Shown one piece after another: positions 18,814 through 31,715 of a stretch of DNA of 64,000 nt; the stretch's first letter is position 1, and each line of letters opens with the position of its first letter. The stretch covers positions 313,023-377,022 of the forward strand of contig CAVTML010000001.1 of the NCBI GenBank assembly GCA_963735865.1. Reading direction: 5' to 3'. This DNA comes from an uncultured Chloroflexia bacterium. GTDB taxonomy: Bacteria > Chloroflexota > Limnocylindria > Limnocylindrales > CSP1-4. The notes under the pieces were generated by a model. The model saw nothing but the letters and a program-made list of their open reading frames with translations. It did not search any database and had not been told where the DNA came from. Position numbers and translations under genes: made by a program.

Positions 18814-20319
18814 ATGGTCAGCTCCGCCACCAGCGCATCAGGTCCTCGCCGTGCGTTCTCCGCGATCCCCTGGCCCGTACTCCTCGTCGCCAGCCTCATG
18901 GTCGCCCTGTTGCTGGCCCTGTCCGGCGCCTACGGCTTCCACGGCGACGAGATGTACTACGTCGTCGCGGGCCAGCACCCGGCCCTCGGTTATGTCGACC
19001 AGCCGCCGCTGACCCCGCTGCTCTCGGCCGCGTCGGTGGCCGTGCTCGGCGTGTCACCCACCGCCGTGCGGCTCCTGCCGGCCCTCGAGATGGCGCTCAT
19101 CGTCGTCCTCACCGCGCTCATCGCCCGTGACCTTGGCGGGTCGCGACGCGCCCAGCTCATCGCGGCGATCACAGCCGCGTTGTCCGGCTACCTCGGCGCC
19201 GGTCACCTTGACACGACGACCGACCCCGACCTGCTCGCGTGGGCGATCGTCCTGTGGCTCGCCGTGAAGCTGCTCGCGGGTGGCGACCGACGCCTGTGGC
19301 TCGTGCTTGGCGTGGTGACCGGCATCGGCCTCGAGAACAAGGACACCCTCCTCTTCCTCGGCGCGGGTCTGGCAGTCGGGCTCGTCCTCGCCCGGAGGTG
19401 GGACGTGGTGCGGTCGCCGTGGGCCTGGTCCGCCATCGCCATCGCCCTTGTCCTTTGGGCACCGAACCTCGCCTGGCAAGCCGCCAACGGCTGGCCCCAG
19501 CTGACGATGGCGCAGGCCATCTCGAGCTACGCCGGCGACAACCGCGCCCAGTTCGTGCCGCTGCTGTGGCTCTTCAGCGGGCCGCTGCTCTTCCCGGTCA
19601 GCGCCGTCGGCCTAGCCTGGATCCTCCGCGCGAAGGCGGCCGCGCCATGGCGGGCGATCGGGATCGCCGCCCTCGTGGCGCTCGTCCTGGTCTACGTCAC
19701 CGGCGGCAAGGCCTACTACGTCATCGGCAGCATGCCCGTCTTCATGGCCGCGGGCGCGATCCTCGCCGACCGCTGGCTGACTCGCGGGCACTTCCGTCTC
19801 AAGGTGTCGAGCCTCGCCGCCGCGGCGGCCCTCTCGGGCGCGCTCATCGCGTTGCTGACCCTGCCGGTCCTGCCAGTCGCCACCTTCGCCCAGTCGGGGC
19901 TCGCGGCCGCCGTCCCCGACACGGCCAACGAGATCGGCTGGCCGCAGTTCGTGGCCACCGTCGAGGGTGTCGTTGCCGCACTCCCCGCGGACGAGCGTGC
20001 CCATGCCGTGATCCTGACCAACGACTACAGCGAGGCCAGCCCGCTCGTGCTCCTGGGTTCGGGGTTGCCACCGATCTACTCGGGCCACAACAGCTACTGG
20101 TCGTGGGGACCGCCGCCGGTCGACCGCACGGTCGTCGTCCATGTGGGTGACTGGCGCCCGACCGACTACAGCGACTACTTCACCGGCTGCCAGGACGTGG
20201 CCCATATCGACGACGGCCTGGGCGTGCAGAACGGCGAGCAGGGCGTCGCCGTCACCGTGTGCACCGGGCTGCGCGCGCCGTGGACCGTGATGTGGCCGGG
20301 GCTCCGGACCATCTCCTGA
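18814..20319 (+). CDS. GT39/ArnT-like membrane glycosyltransferase (GT-C)
   Basis: HGDEMYY...GYVDQPPL, GIGLENK, PNLAWQ, SGHNSYW; many TM segments; GAGGAG RBS. Confidence 0.85.
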   Translation: MVSSATSASGPRRAFSAIPWPVLLVASLMVALLLALSGAYGFHGDEMYYVVAGQHPALGYVDQPPLTPLLSAASVAVLGVSPTAVRLLPALEMALIVVLTALIARDLGGSRRAQLIAAITAALSGYLGAGHLDTTTDPDLLAWAIVLWLAVKLLAGGDRRLWLVLGVVTGIGLENKDTLLFLGAGLAVGLVLARRWDVVRSPWAWSAIAIALVLWAPNLAWQAANGWPQLTMAQAISSYAGDNRAQFVPLLWLFSGPLLFPVSAVGLAWILRAKAAAPWRAIGIAALVALVLVYVTGGKAYYVIGSMPVFMAAGAILADRWLTRGHFRLKVSSLAAAAALSGALIALLTLPVLPVATFAQSGLAAAVPDTANEIGWPQFVATVEGVVAALPADERAHAVILTNDYSEASPLVLLGSGLPPIYSGHNSYWSWGPPPVDRTVVVHVGDWRPTDYSDYFTGCQDVAHIDDGLGVQNGEQGVAVTVCTGLRAPWTVMWPGLRTIS

Positions 20320-20345
20320 GGGACTCCGCCCGACCTGGTCAGTAG

Positions 20346-20387
20346 TTTGTCAACGGACTTGACAAAGTCCGCCCAACGGCGCACCAT
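20346..20387 (+). promoter_or_regulatory. Sigma70-type promoter overlapped by ROK-type operator
   Basis: Perfect inverted repeat TTTGTCAA-n5-TTGACAAA (20346-20366) containing -35 TTGACA (20359), 17 bp from -10 CACCAT (20382), upstream of ROK repressor. Confidence 0.75.
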
Positions 20388-20464
20388 CCGACCTGGCCAA
20401 GACCCTTCGGGCCCCGCTCGGCGAGGACCAGAGGTGGTTGCGGTGGAGGGAGTGCCCGCCCCGG

Positions 20465-21645
20465 ATGAGCGCCAGCGTGACCGTGCTGCCCGAAAGGGCG
20501 ACACACCAGCAGACGCGAACGTTCAATCAGCAGCTGATGCTGCGCGCCCTCCACGACAGCAGCACCGCTCTCGCGCGCCGACCTCGCCCGGATCACCGGC
20601 CTGACGCGCACCTCGGTCGGCGACCCTGGTCGGCACGCTCATCGACGACGGCCTGATCGAAGAGGTCGGCCGGGGCCAGTCCAGCGGGGGCAAGTCGCCG
20701 ATCCTGCTGCGGGTCGCTCCCGACGGTCGCCATCTGATCGGGCTCGACCTCGGCGAGGCGGAATTCAGCGGTGCCGTCGTCAACCTGCGGGGTGAGATCC
20801 TCCGCTCGATCCACCTGCCCCTCGAAGGGCAGGACGACGAGGCCAGTGTCGAGCTCCTCTTCCAGCTCGTCGACGCCCTGCGCGCCGATGACCGGTGCCC
20901 CCTCCTCGGCATCGGCATCGGCGCCCCGGGCGTCATCGACACGAGCGCGGGGACCGTCCGCTGGTCGGCCAACCTGAACTGGGCTGACCTCCGCCTGGGG
21001 CCGCTGCTGGAGCAGCGCTACGGCGTGCCGGTCGTGGTCGCCAACGACAGTCACGCGGCCGCCCTCGCCGAACTGACCTTCTTCCGGCGCCCCCGGCCCA
21101 ACAACCTGATCGTCATCAAGGTGGGTCGCGGGGTCGGCGCCGGGATCATCCTCAACGGCCAGCTGTTCCAGGGCGATGGCTATGGCGCCGGTGAGTTCGG
21201 CCACGTTTCGATGGGCAGCGCCGACGGGCCGTGCCGGTGCGGGCGGGCGGGCTGCCTCGAGACGACGACGAGCATGCGGGCGCTGGTCGCCGCCGCTGGC
21301 GCAGTCGAGCCTTCGATCACCGACGAGCGAGGCCTCGTGTCCGCCTTCCTGGCCGGGGTCGCCAGCGTCCGGCGGATCGTCCTCGATGCGGCGCGCGAGT
21401 TGGGGGTCGCGATCGGCTGGCTGATCGGCGTGCTCAACGTGCGCCATGTGCTGCTGGTCGGTCCGATCGCGCAACTCGGTGACGACTGGCTGGGCGAGGT
21501 CCGGCGCACCGCCCGGTCGAGCGTGCTCGCGCTGCTCGCGCGCGACACCCAGATCGAGTTCGGCCACGTGCACGATGACGTGGTCGTGCTCGGCGCGTCG
21601 GCGCTGCTCATGGAACAGCAGCTGGGCCTGGGGTTGGTGCGATGA
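20465..21645 (+). CDS. ROK family transcriptional repressor (NagC/XylR-like), frameshifted near 20570-20630
   Basis: N-terminal HTH split across frames; VANDSHAAALAE, GVGAGII, AGEFGH, CRCGRAGCLET. Confidence 0.85.
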
Positions 21646-22644
21646 GCGCGACCTTCCGGCCGGAGCTCAACGGGCCGCTGGTCGCCGGCGTCGACGTCGG
21701 CGGCACGAAGACATCGGTCGTCGTCATCGACGATCGGGACCGCATCGTCTATGAGCATGTCGCGCCGACCGAGCCATCAGCGCTCGTCGGCCAGATCATC
21801 GGCCTCGTCGTGGACGCCCAGCGCCACCTGGGGCAGGACATGGCCGCGGTCGGCGATCGCCATCCCCGGTCATGTCGACCCCGCGGACGGCTCGGTCAGC
21901 ATGGCCGTCAACCTGGGCATCACTCATCTGCCGCTGGGAGCGATGCTGCAGGCGGAGCTGGGGGTACCCACCTTCGTCGAGCACGACGCCCGCGCGGCGG
22001 TCCTGTGGCTGAGTGAACACGCCAACAACGGGTCGGCGCAGGCGCCGGCGAGCATCGCCTTCCTGGCGATCGGGACCGGCATCTCGGCCGGCATCGTCCT
22101 CGACGGGGCCCTGCTCCGTGGCGACAACAGCTACGCCGGTGAGGTGGGCCACGTGGTCGCCGATCCGGAGGGAGCCCTCTGCGCGTGCGGCATGCGAGGG
22201 TGCCTCGAGACGATCGCCGCCGGTCCGGCCATCGGTCGCCAGGCCGACGAGGCGATGGCAGCCGGACGAAGCACCGTCCTGTCGCCGCATTCGACGGCCG
22301 CCGATGTCTTCCGCGCCGGTTCTGCCGGCGACGAGGTGGCGGTCGAGATCATCGACCGCGTGGCCGACCACCTGGCCCGGGCGATCCGCTCGCTCGCCCT
22401 GACCCTCGGCGTCAAGCGAGTCGTCATCGGCGGCGGCGTGGCGGCCGCCGGACCCGCCCTGCTCGATCCGATCCGATCGCGAATCGCCCGCGAGTGCGCG
22501 GATTCACCGCTCGTCCAGGCCGCCTTGGGCGACGCGACCATCGAGCTGCTGTCGCCTACCAAGGCGCCCAGCGCGCGCGGGGCGGCAGCGATCGCGCGCC
22601 ACCGCACCGGCTTGCCTGAGCGAGAGGGGGTGGGTGAGCGATAA
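21642..22644 (+). CDS. ROK family sugar kinase, frameshifted near 21855
   Basis: GVDVGGTK in the first frame; IGTGISAG, AGEVGH, CACGMRGCLE, IGGGV in the second. Confidence 0.85.
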
Positions 22645-22763
22645 CCCATGCGGAGGTCCTTCGCTGGGATGGGATGGGATGCCTGGACCCAGCGGCCCAA
22701 TCGTTACCCACAATCCTGCTCGTCACCCATAGTGATCGGTAGTTCGCAGGAGGAGAGGAACTC

Positions 22764-24262
22764 ATGACCAACAGATTACGGACAAGGTCCGCTCTGGCAG
22801 TCGTCGCCCTGTTCTTGGTCGGCGCTTGCACGAGCAGCGCCACGACACCACCGGCGACCTCAGGCGCGACCGGCACGCCGGCCGCCGCCACGCCGACGGG
22901 GACGACCGCGGCGAGCGCACCGGCCTCGGCCGCCCCCGCGGCAGCCGTGCCGGCGGTCCCGACCGGCTACACCGAGCTGGACCAGGCCCTCGGCGCCGAC
23001 AAGCCGTTCAACGGCAAGAAGGTCTCGATCCAGACCCAGTGGATCGGCGGCGAGGGCGACGACTTCGCGGCCGCGGTCGCCGACTTCGCAGACGGCGACC
23101 GGCATCACGATCCAGGTCGACAGCATCGGCTCGAGCCACGAGACCGTGCTCAAGACCCGCATCGAGGGCGGCAACCCGCCGGACCTGGCGATGCTCGCGC
23201 AGCCGACCGCCGTCCTCGCCTACGCCGCCGAGGGCAAGGTCATCGACGTCGCCACGTTCATGGATCGCCGCGAAGCTCAGCGACCGAGCATCCCGGCCAC
23301 CATCGGCCTGGTCACCGAGGGCGACGCACATCTGGGGCATCCCGTACAAGGCCGACGTCAAGTCGATGATCTGGTACCCGATCAAGGCCTTCGCGGCCAA
23401 GGGCTACACAGGTCCCCACGACCTGGGACGAGCTGATCGCCCTGTCCGACAAGATCGTCGCCGACGGCAGCCAACCCGTGGTGCGTCAGCGCCGGCGGCC
23501 CCGGCACGGCGACCGGCTGGCAGCTGACGGACTGGGTCGAGGAAGTGCTCCTCAAGACCAAGGGCCTCGCAGGACTACAACGACTGGATCAGCCACAAGA
23601 TCACGTTCAACGACCCCAGGATCAAGGCCGCCTTCGACATGGTCGGCAAGATCTTCTTCACGCACGAGCTACGTCTACGGCGGCGGCCACGGCGATCGTC
23701 GACGACCGACCTGCAGACCGCCATGGATCCGATGTTCAACGACGGACACTGGCTCGACCCCGGGTGCTGGATGCAGAAGATCCCGATCTGGTACGGCCCG
23801 GACTTCTTCCCGGATCAGCCGCGCCAACGGCAGCCGACTCGAAGTACATCATCGGGCGACGCGACATCGGGATCTTCCCGTTCCCGACCATCGACCCGGC
23901 ACCAGAAGGACGCCGAGGGCTCCGCCGACTCGCTCATGGTCCTCGTCGACCGCCCCGAGGTCCGCGCGGTCGCGGAGTTCCTGGCGACGCCGGAGGGCCT
24001 CGAGGGCTGGATCAAGCGCGGCAGCGCCCTCTCGGCCAACACGACCACCCCGGCCGAGTGGTACGCCGGCAACTACAAGCTGAAGGTCGCCACCGACATC
24101 GTGAGCAGCGCCACCGGCATCGGCTTCGACGCCTCCGACCTGATGCCCCGGCCGTCGGCGCCGGCACCTTCTGGACCGCAGTCGGTCGACTGGGTCAACG
24201 CGAACGGCACCAACACCGATGCCGTGCTGAAGGCCATCGACGACAGCTGGCCTAGCCAGTGA
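22764..24262 (+). CDS. Carbohydrate ABC substrate-binding lipoprotein (AglE-like), multiple frameshifts
   Basis: AGGAGG RBS; lipobox LVGAC; fragments GGNPPDLAMLAQP, DVKSMIWY, GFDASDLMP, AIDDSWP in shifting frames. Confidence 0.8.
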
Positions 24263-24281
24263 CGCCATCTCGTACTGGCTC

Positions 24282-24315
24282 GCGGGGCGCCCCACCACGA
24301 CGGTGGGCGCCCCGC
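24282..24315 (+). terminator. GC-rich stem-loop after binding-protein gene (terminator or mRNA stabiliser)
   Basis: GCGGGGCGCCCCACC-acgac-GGTGGGCGCCCCGC. Confidence 0.55.
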
Positions 24316-24345
24316 TACTATTCCGGCTACGCAGGAGGGTGCGAG

Positions 24346-25535
24346 GTGGCCGGAGGCTCGCACCGAGAGCTCCGGACTCGTCGGCGCGTCGCGTCCGTGC
24401 CGGTCGGCAGCCTGATCGGCCTTGCCCTGTGCGTCGTCGGCATCGCTCGTCCTGATCGACCCGCAGGGCGGGCCGAACCTCCTCGCGTCGATCTACGACC
24501 TGCTCGGCAACACCGCGGGCGCCGACGCGCTGCGCAACGGCCAGGGCGACCAGTTCCTCGCCAAGCTCCTGCTGGCGGCGATCGCGCTGCTCGTCGGCGT
24601 CGGCGGCATCTGGCTCCTGTTCACCGGCGTGAGCGCGCTCGTCGAGCGCTGCTGCAGCCCAAGTGGTCGCGACCGCGCTCCTGCCGCTGGGTCTTCGTCG
24701 GCCCGGCGCTGGTGCTGCTCGGCGGTCTTCCTCGTCTACCCGGCGGTCGGCACCGATCATCCGCAGCTTCCAGGACGACGACGGCGCCAGTTCACGCTCG
24801 CCAACTGCGCAGAGCCTCGACCGACCCCGAATTCCTCGAGATCCTGCGCAACAACGTCCTCTGGCTGATCGTCGGCACGGCCGGCAGCGTGGGGCTCGGC
24901 CTGCTCATCGCCGGCCTGTTCGACCGCGTCCGGCGCGAGTCGCTGGCCAAGATCTTCATCTTCCTGCCGCTCGCCATCTCGCTCGTCGGCGCGTCGGTCA
25001 TCTGGACGCTTCGTCTACGCCTGGCAGCCCGCCGAGCCAGCCGCAGTACGGGCTCCTGAACGCCGATCTGGACGGCCTTCGGCGGTCAGCCGGTCCCGTG
25101 GGCTCACGACAGCCCCATCAACATCTTCGCCGAGATCGTCATCCTGATCTGGCTCCAGACCGGCTTCGCCATGGTCGTGCTCTCGGCCGCCATCAAGGGC
25201 GTGTCGGCCGAGGTCATCGAGGCGGCCCGGCTCGACGGCGCCATCGGAGCGCCAGCTGTTCTTCAGGGTCATCGTGCCGATGATCCGCGGCTCGATCATC
25301 ACGGTCACCACGACGATCGCGATCGTCACGCTCAAGATCTTCGACATCGTCTACGTGACGACCGGCGGGCGGTTCAACACGACGACGTGGTCGCGCAACC
25401 GGATGTTCCAGGAGATGTTCCAGTTCTTCAACGATGGGCGCGCCGCGGCGCTGGCGACCGTCCTGTTCATCGCCGTGCTGCCGGTGATGATCCTCAACCT
25501 GCGCAACTTCCGACGTCAGGCGGCGATGTGCATGA
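24346..25535 (+). CDS. Carbohydrate ABC permease (AglF-like), multiple frameshifts
   Basis: Fragments ILRNNVLWL, KIFIFLPLAISLVGASVIW, MVVLSAAIKGV...IEAARLDGA, LKIFDIVYVTTGG. Confidence 0.8.
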
Positions 25536-26450
25536 CTGCGCCGGCCCAGCCGATCGCACAGGCGTCCAGGCGCGCGCCGCCGTCTGGCGGCCGCCGTTCC
25601 TGCGGAGCCTGCCGCTGCGCATCTGCGGTCATCGTCATCTGCTTCCTGTGGACCCTGCCCGACGCGTCGGGCTGCTCGTCAGCTCCTTCCGCGAACCCGC
25701 AGCGACGATCACGACAGACCGGCTGGTGGACGGCCCTGCTCCACCCGTTCGACACCAGCCAGTGGACGCTGCCGAACTACCAGCACGGTCCTCGGCGAGC
25801 GACGGCATGGGCAACGCGTTCCTCAACAGCCTCATCGTGACCATCCCGTCGACGGTCATCCCGATCACGATCGCCGCGTTCGCCGCCTATGCCTTCGCCT
25901 GGATCCCATTCCGCGGCCGCGGCATCCTGTTCATCGATCGTCGTGGCGCTGCTGGTCGTGCCGCTCCAGATGTCGCTGATCCCGGTCCTCAAGCTCTACA
26001 GCGGCCTGGCACCTGTACGGCACCTTCCTCGGCATCTGGCTGGCGCACACGGCGTTCGGGCTGCCGCTGGCGATCTTCCTGCTCTACAACTTCATCGTCG
26101 CAGCTGCCGCGCGACCTGTTCGAGTCCGCCGCGATCGACGGCGCGTCCGCACTTCCAGACGTTCATCCGGATCGTGCTGCCGCTCTCGGTCCCGGCGCTC
26201 GGCGCCTTCGCGATCTTCCAGTTCCTGTGGGTCTGGAACGACCTGCTCGTGGCCCTCGTCTTCCTGGGCCCGGGAGCCGACGTCCGGGTCATGCCGACGG
26301 CGCTGTTCAACCTGCATCGGCAGCCGCGGCGGCGCGTGGCACCTGCTCACCGCGGGCGCGTTCCTGACGATGATCGTGCCGCTGCTCGTGTTCCTGGCGC
26401 TCCAGCGGTACTTCGTCCGAGGGATCCTGGCCGGCTCCGTCAAGTCGTGA
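25532..26450 (+). CDS. Carbohydrate ABC permease (AglG-like), multiple frameshifts
   Basis: AFLNSLIVTIPSTVIPI, LFESAAIDGA, AFAIFQFLWVWNDLLVAL; C-terminal LQRYFVRGILAGSVKS. Confidence 0.82.
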
Positions 26451-28022
26451 CCCTGGCGCGGCTCATGATCGCCTTCGTCGGCACCGAGCTGCCGCGGTCG
26501 GCGGCGAGGCGGATCAACGAACACGACGTCGCCGGGGTGACGCTCTTCCGCCTCCACAACGTCGTCGATCCACCCCAGATCCGCCGGCTGACCGCAGCCA
26601 TCCAGGCCGCGCGGCCGGCGGGAGCACCACCGCTGCTGGTGGCCGCCGACCAGGAGGGCGGCCAGCTGATCGGCCTGGGCGACGGGACGACCCAGTTCGC
26701 CGGCACCATGGCGCTCGGCGCGACCGGCGACCAGGAGCTGGCCGAGCGCGTCGCCGGCGCCACGGCGCGCGAGCTGCGCGCCCTGGGCGTCAACGTGGAC
26801 TACGCGCCGGTGTGCGACGTCGCCAACAACCCGGCGCAATCCGGCGCTCGGGATCCGCAGCTTCGGCGACGATCCCGAGGCCGTCGGCAGGTTGGCGGCA
26901 GCGACCGTGCGCGGCCTGCAGGACGGTGGCGTGGCCGCGACGGCCAAGCACTTCCCGGGCGGCGGCGACACGGCGCGGATCCGCACCACGAGCTGCCGCT
27001 GGTGCCCCGGACGACCGCCGAGCTGGCACGAGCGAGAGCTGGTCCCGTTCCGGGCGGCCCTGGACGCGGGCGCCCGGCTGGTCATGACCGGCCACTTCGC
27101 GCTCCCCGGCCAGCGACGACCTGCCGACCAGCCTGTCCGCCGTGGTCCTGCGCGACCTGCTGCGCGGGACAGCTGCGACTTCGATGGCGTGACCGTCACG
27201 GATGCGCTGGACATGCACGCCCTGGCCCAGGGCTCGGCCCAGATCATCGACGCCGTGGCGGCCCTGCGGGCCGGCGAAGACGTGCTCCTCGGGACACCGG
27301 ACGAAGCCGCGCTGGAGCGGCTGGAGGAAGGCCTCGCACAGGCGCAGCGGCGGGGCCTCATCGAGGCCGACGACGATGCGGCGGCCAAGCGCCGGCTAGG
27401 CGAGCTGCGTCAATGGCTGGGAGGCTTCGAGCAGCCGCCGCTCGACGTCGTCGGGTGCGGCGAACATCAGGCCCTCGCCGCCGAGCTGGCCCGGCGTTCG
27501 ATGACCCTCGTCCGCAACGACGACGGGCTGGTGCCGCTGAAGCCTGCCGCCGATGCACGGATCGCCGTCGTCCAGTCGAGGCCGGCCGACCTGACGCCCG
27601 CCGACACCTCCTCGACGGTGGCGCCGACCCTGGCCTCGGCGCTTCGCCGCCGGCTCGCGGGCGTGGAGGAGATCCTCCTGCCGGCGGCGCCGGGCGAGGC
27701 CGACATCCGTGGACTCCCCGAGCGACTGGCAGCCTTTGACGTCGTCATCCTCGGGACGTTCTCGGCGCACCTCCAGCCGGCGCAGGCGGCGCTGGCCGCG
27801 GCGGTCCTGGCGTCGGGCAGGCCGACCGTGACCGTCGCCCTGCGCACGCCGTGGGACCTGCTCGCCTACCCGTCCGTCCGAACCCACGTCTGCAGCTTCG
27901 GCATCCTGCCGCCGTCGATGGAGGCACTCGCGGCTGCGCTGCTTGGCGAAGCGCCGTTCGGCGGCCGGTTGCCCGTCACGATCAAGGGTCTGTATCCCCG
28001 CGGCCACGGCCTCATGGCATAG
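26447..28022 (+). CDS. GH3 beta-N-acetylhexosaminidase-like glycosidase, frameshifted
   Basis: AADQEGG, NVDYAPVCDV, AKHFPG, RELVPF, VTDALDM, ALRTPWDL. Confidence 0.85.
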
Positions 28023-28047
28023 GGGCGCGGGGCGGCGGCGAAGGGAC

Positions 28048-29412
<1,365 letters not shown>

Positions 29413-29430
29413 CAGCCGACCGCGTCGCCC

Positions 29431-30096
29431 CTACTCGACGTACTGCAGCGGCCTGACCTTGAAGTCGTCCGGCAGCTTGACCCCCGTGGCGTGGTTGGGG
29501 CAGTAGCCGTTGGGTTCCTTGGCCAGGTACTGCTGGTGGTACTCCTCGGCGAAGTAGAACGGGCCGGCCGGGGCGGTCTCGGTCTTGATGGTGTCGAAAC
29601 CGGCCGCCGTCAGGCGCTCCTGGTAGGCGGCGCGTGACGCCTCGGCCAGGCGCTGCTGCTCGGCCGAGTGGGTGAAGATCGCCGAGCGGTACTGCGTCCC
29701 GATGTCGTTGCCCTGGCGCATGCCCTGCGTGGGGTCGTGGCTCTCCCAGAACACCTTCAGCAGCTGCTCGTAGCTGACGAGCTTGGGATCGAACACCACC
29801 CGCACGGACTCGGCATGGCCGGTCTTGCCGGTGCAGGCCTCACGGTAGGTGGGGTTGGGCGTGTAGCCACCGGCGTAGCCGACCGCGGTGACCCAAACGC
29901 CGGGGGTCTGCCAGAAGTCCTTCTCGGCGCCCCAGAAGCAGCCGAAGGCGAAGTCGGCGACCTCCAGCCCGTCCGGGTAGGGCGGCAGGAGGGGGTGTCC
30001 GTTGACGTAGTGGGTGGTCAGCCCGGGCATCGGCTCGGGGCGGCCGGGCAGGGCGTCGGCGGGCTTGGGCATGGAGGGTTCACGGAAGAGGAACAT
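29431..30096 (-). CDS. msrA: Peptide-methionine (S)-S-oxide reductase
   Basis: [37 protein letters not shown]; TAACAT -10 six nt before ATG. Confidence 0.96.
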   Translation of the reverse strand: MFLFREPSMPKPADALPGRPEPMPGLTTHYVNGHPLLPPYPDGLEVADFAFGCFWGAEKDFWQTPGVWVTAVGYAGGYTPNPTYREACTGKTGHAESVRVVFDPKLVSYEQLLKVFWESHDPTQGMRQGNDIGTQYRSAIFTHSAEQQRLAEASRAAYQERLTAAGFDTIKTETAPAGPFYFAEEYHQQYLAKEPNGYCPNHATGVKLPDDFKVRPLQYVE

Positions 30097-30240
30097 GCCG
30101 AAATGTTACGCCGGGCGTGTGACAGCGCGGTGACGCGGCCGGGCATCCGGGCCCTCCGGGCCCTCCGTGCCCCGCAACCTGGCGACGGGACATGCGCCGG
30201 CTGGAGCCACCGATGGCGGTCCCTGCGACAGCAGCGGCCG

Positions 30241-30413
30241 GTTCGCCCGAAGCGAACACCAATGTCTCCTGGGCGCCCTCATCCGCTGAAGGAGGCGCTC
30301 GTGGGTCTCCTCGACGCGACTCGTTCGCTGGCGGCGTACACCTACGACCAGAAATCGTGGTCCCGATGGTATCGGCGGACGAATCGACCCCCGCGTGTTC
30401 GCTTAGGGGCGAC
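30241..30413. other. About 170-bp intergenic element with terminal inverted repeats and internal hairpins
   Basis: AAGCGAACAC (30250-30259) / GTGTTCGCTT (30395-30404) perfect 10-bp IR extended by TCGCCC/GGGCGA; internal IRs at 30271-30300 and 30318-30385. Confidence 0.5.
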
Positions 30414-30485
30414 ATGGGGGCCACCGAGCCCACTCGGGATGACGGAGCGATGGCGGCCCGCGGTGACGATCAGCCGCGGCTGCCC

Positions 30486-31602
30486 TCAAACCTCGGGGAG
30501 GGGGCGCTCCTGCGGGCCGGTGTAGCGCACGTCCGGGCGGATGAGCTTGTCGGTCTTGAGGTATTCGATGCAGTGGGCCGTCCAGCCCGCATGGCGGGCG
30601 AGGGCGAACGTGGCCGGGAACAGGTCCGGCGGCAGGCCCACGCCCTGGAGGACGGCCGCGGTGTAGAACTCCACGTTCGTCTGCAGCGACCGCTCGGGGT
30701 GGTACTCCTTGAGCAGGCGCAGGGCGATGTCCTCCACTCGCGACGGCCATGTCCAGCCACGCGGCGTTGGTGCCCATCTGCTCGGCCACGGTGCGCAGGG
30801 CGGCGGCGCGCGGGTCATAGGCGCGGTACACGCGGTGGCCGAAGCCCATGAGGCGCTCACGGTGGTCCAGCTTGTCGCGGATCCACGCCTCGGCCTTGTC
30901 GGCCGAACCCATCTGGTGCAGCTGGTCGATCACCTCCGCCGGGGCCCCACCGTGCCAGGGTCCCTTGAGTGCCCCGATGGCGCCGCAGACGGCGGAGGCG
31001 AGGTCGGAATGGGTCGCGATGATGACCAGGGCGGCGAAGGTCGAGGCGTTGAAGCCGTGCTCCGCGGCGACCATGAAGTAGGCGTCAAGGGCCCGCGCAT
31101 CGGCGGCGGTCGGACGGGTGCCGGTCAGCTGGTGCAGGAAGGCCTCGGCCAGGCCCTCGATCGACGGATCGGGGTCGATCGGGTCCAGACCCTGGCGGAT
31201 GCGGGCGAAGGCGGCCAGCGCGGTGGGCGCGAAGGCGGTGAGGGCACGGGCCTGCTCGACCGTGGGCGGCCAGGCCAGGCGCGCATCGGCGCCCCACACG
31301 GAGACGGCCGTGCGCAGGGCGTCCATGGCGTTCGTGCCGCTGGGGAGCTGGCGCAGCGCGGCCTCGACGGGGGCCGTGAGCGGCGCCGGCGGCTGCGGCG
31401 TACGGGCCTTCCACTCGCCGGTCCACAGCAGCTCGCAGACCTGCGAGAACGTGCCGTGCTGGACGACCTGGATGATGGGGTAGCCGCGGTACAGCAGCCG
31501 GCCCTGCTCGCCGTCGACGAGCGCGATATCCGTCTCACCGGCCAGCACACCGGCCAGGCCGGGCGAGTACGGCCGGGCGTCGGGGACGGCGATGTCGGTC
31601 AC
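30486..31602 (-). CDS. Citrate/2-methylcitrate synthase family protein, frameshift near 30740
   Basis: [35 protein letters not shown], then NVEFY...FALARHAGW in a second frame; TATGAT six nt before GTG 31602. Confidence 0.9.
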
Positions 31603-31698
31603 GTCGGCATCATAGTCCCGCGGTCGAGGCCGACCCGGTCCGTAGGTCACCCCAACGGGGGGCGAACGGCCCTGCTCCATGTCCGTACGCCGCCTTGT

Positions 31699-31715
31699 AT
31701 ACTCCCCTGGAGTAT
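31699..31715. promoter_or_regulatory. CsoR-type operator overlapping copA -10 and start codon
   Basis: ATACTCC-CCT-GGAGTAT perfect 7-bp IR with C/G tracts; overlaps TATACT (31698) and ATG 31714. Confidence 0.75.

Noticed and set aside
22648-22767. 39-codon uORF overlapping the binding-protein start
   Set aside because: No attenuator-like codon bias or other support; easily arises by chance.
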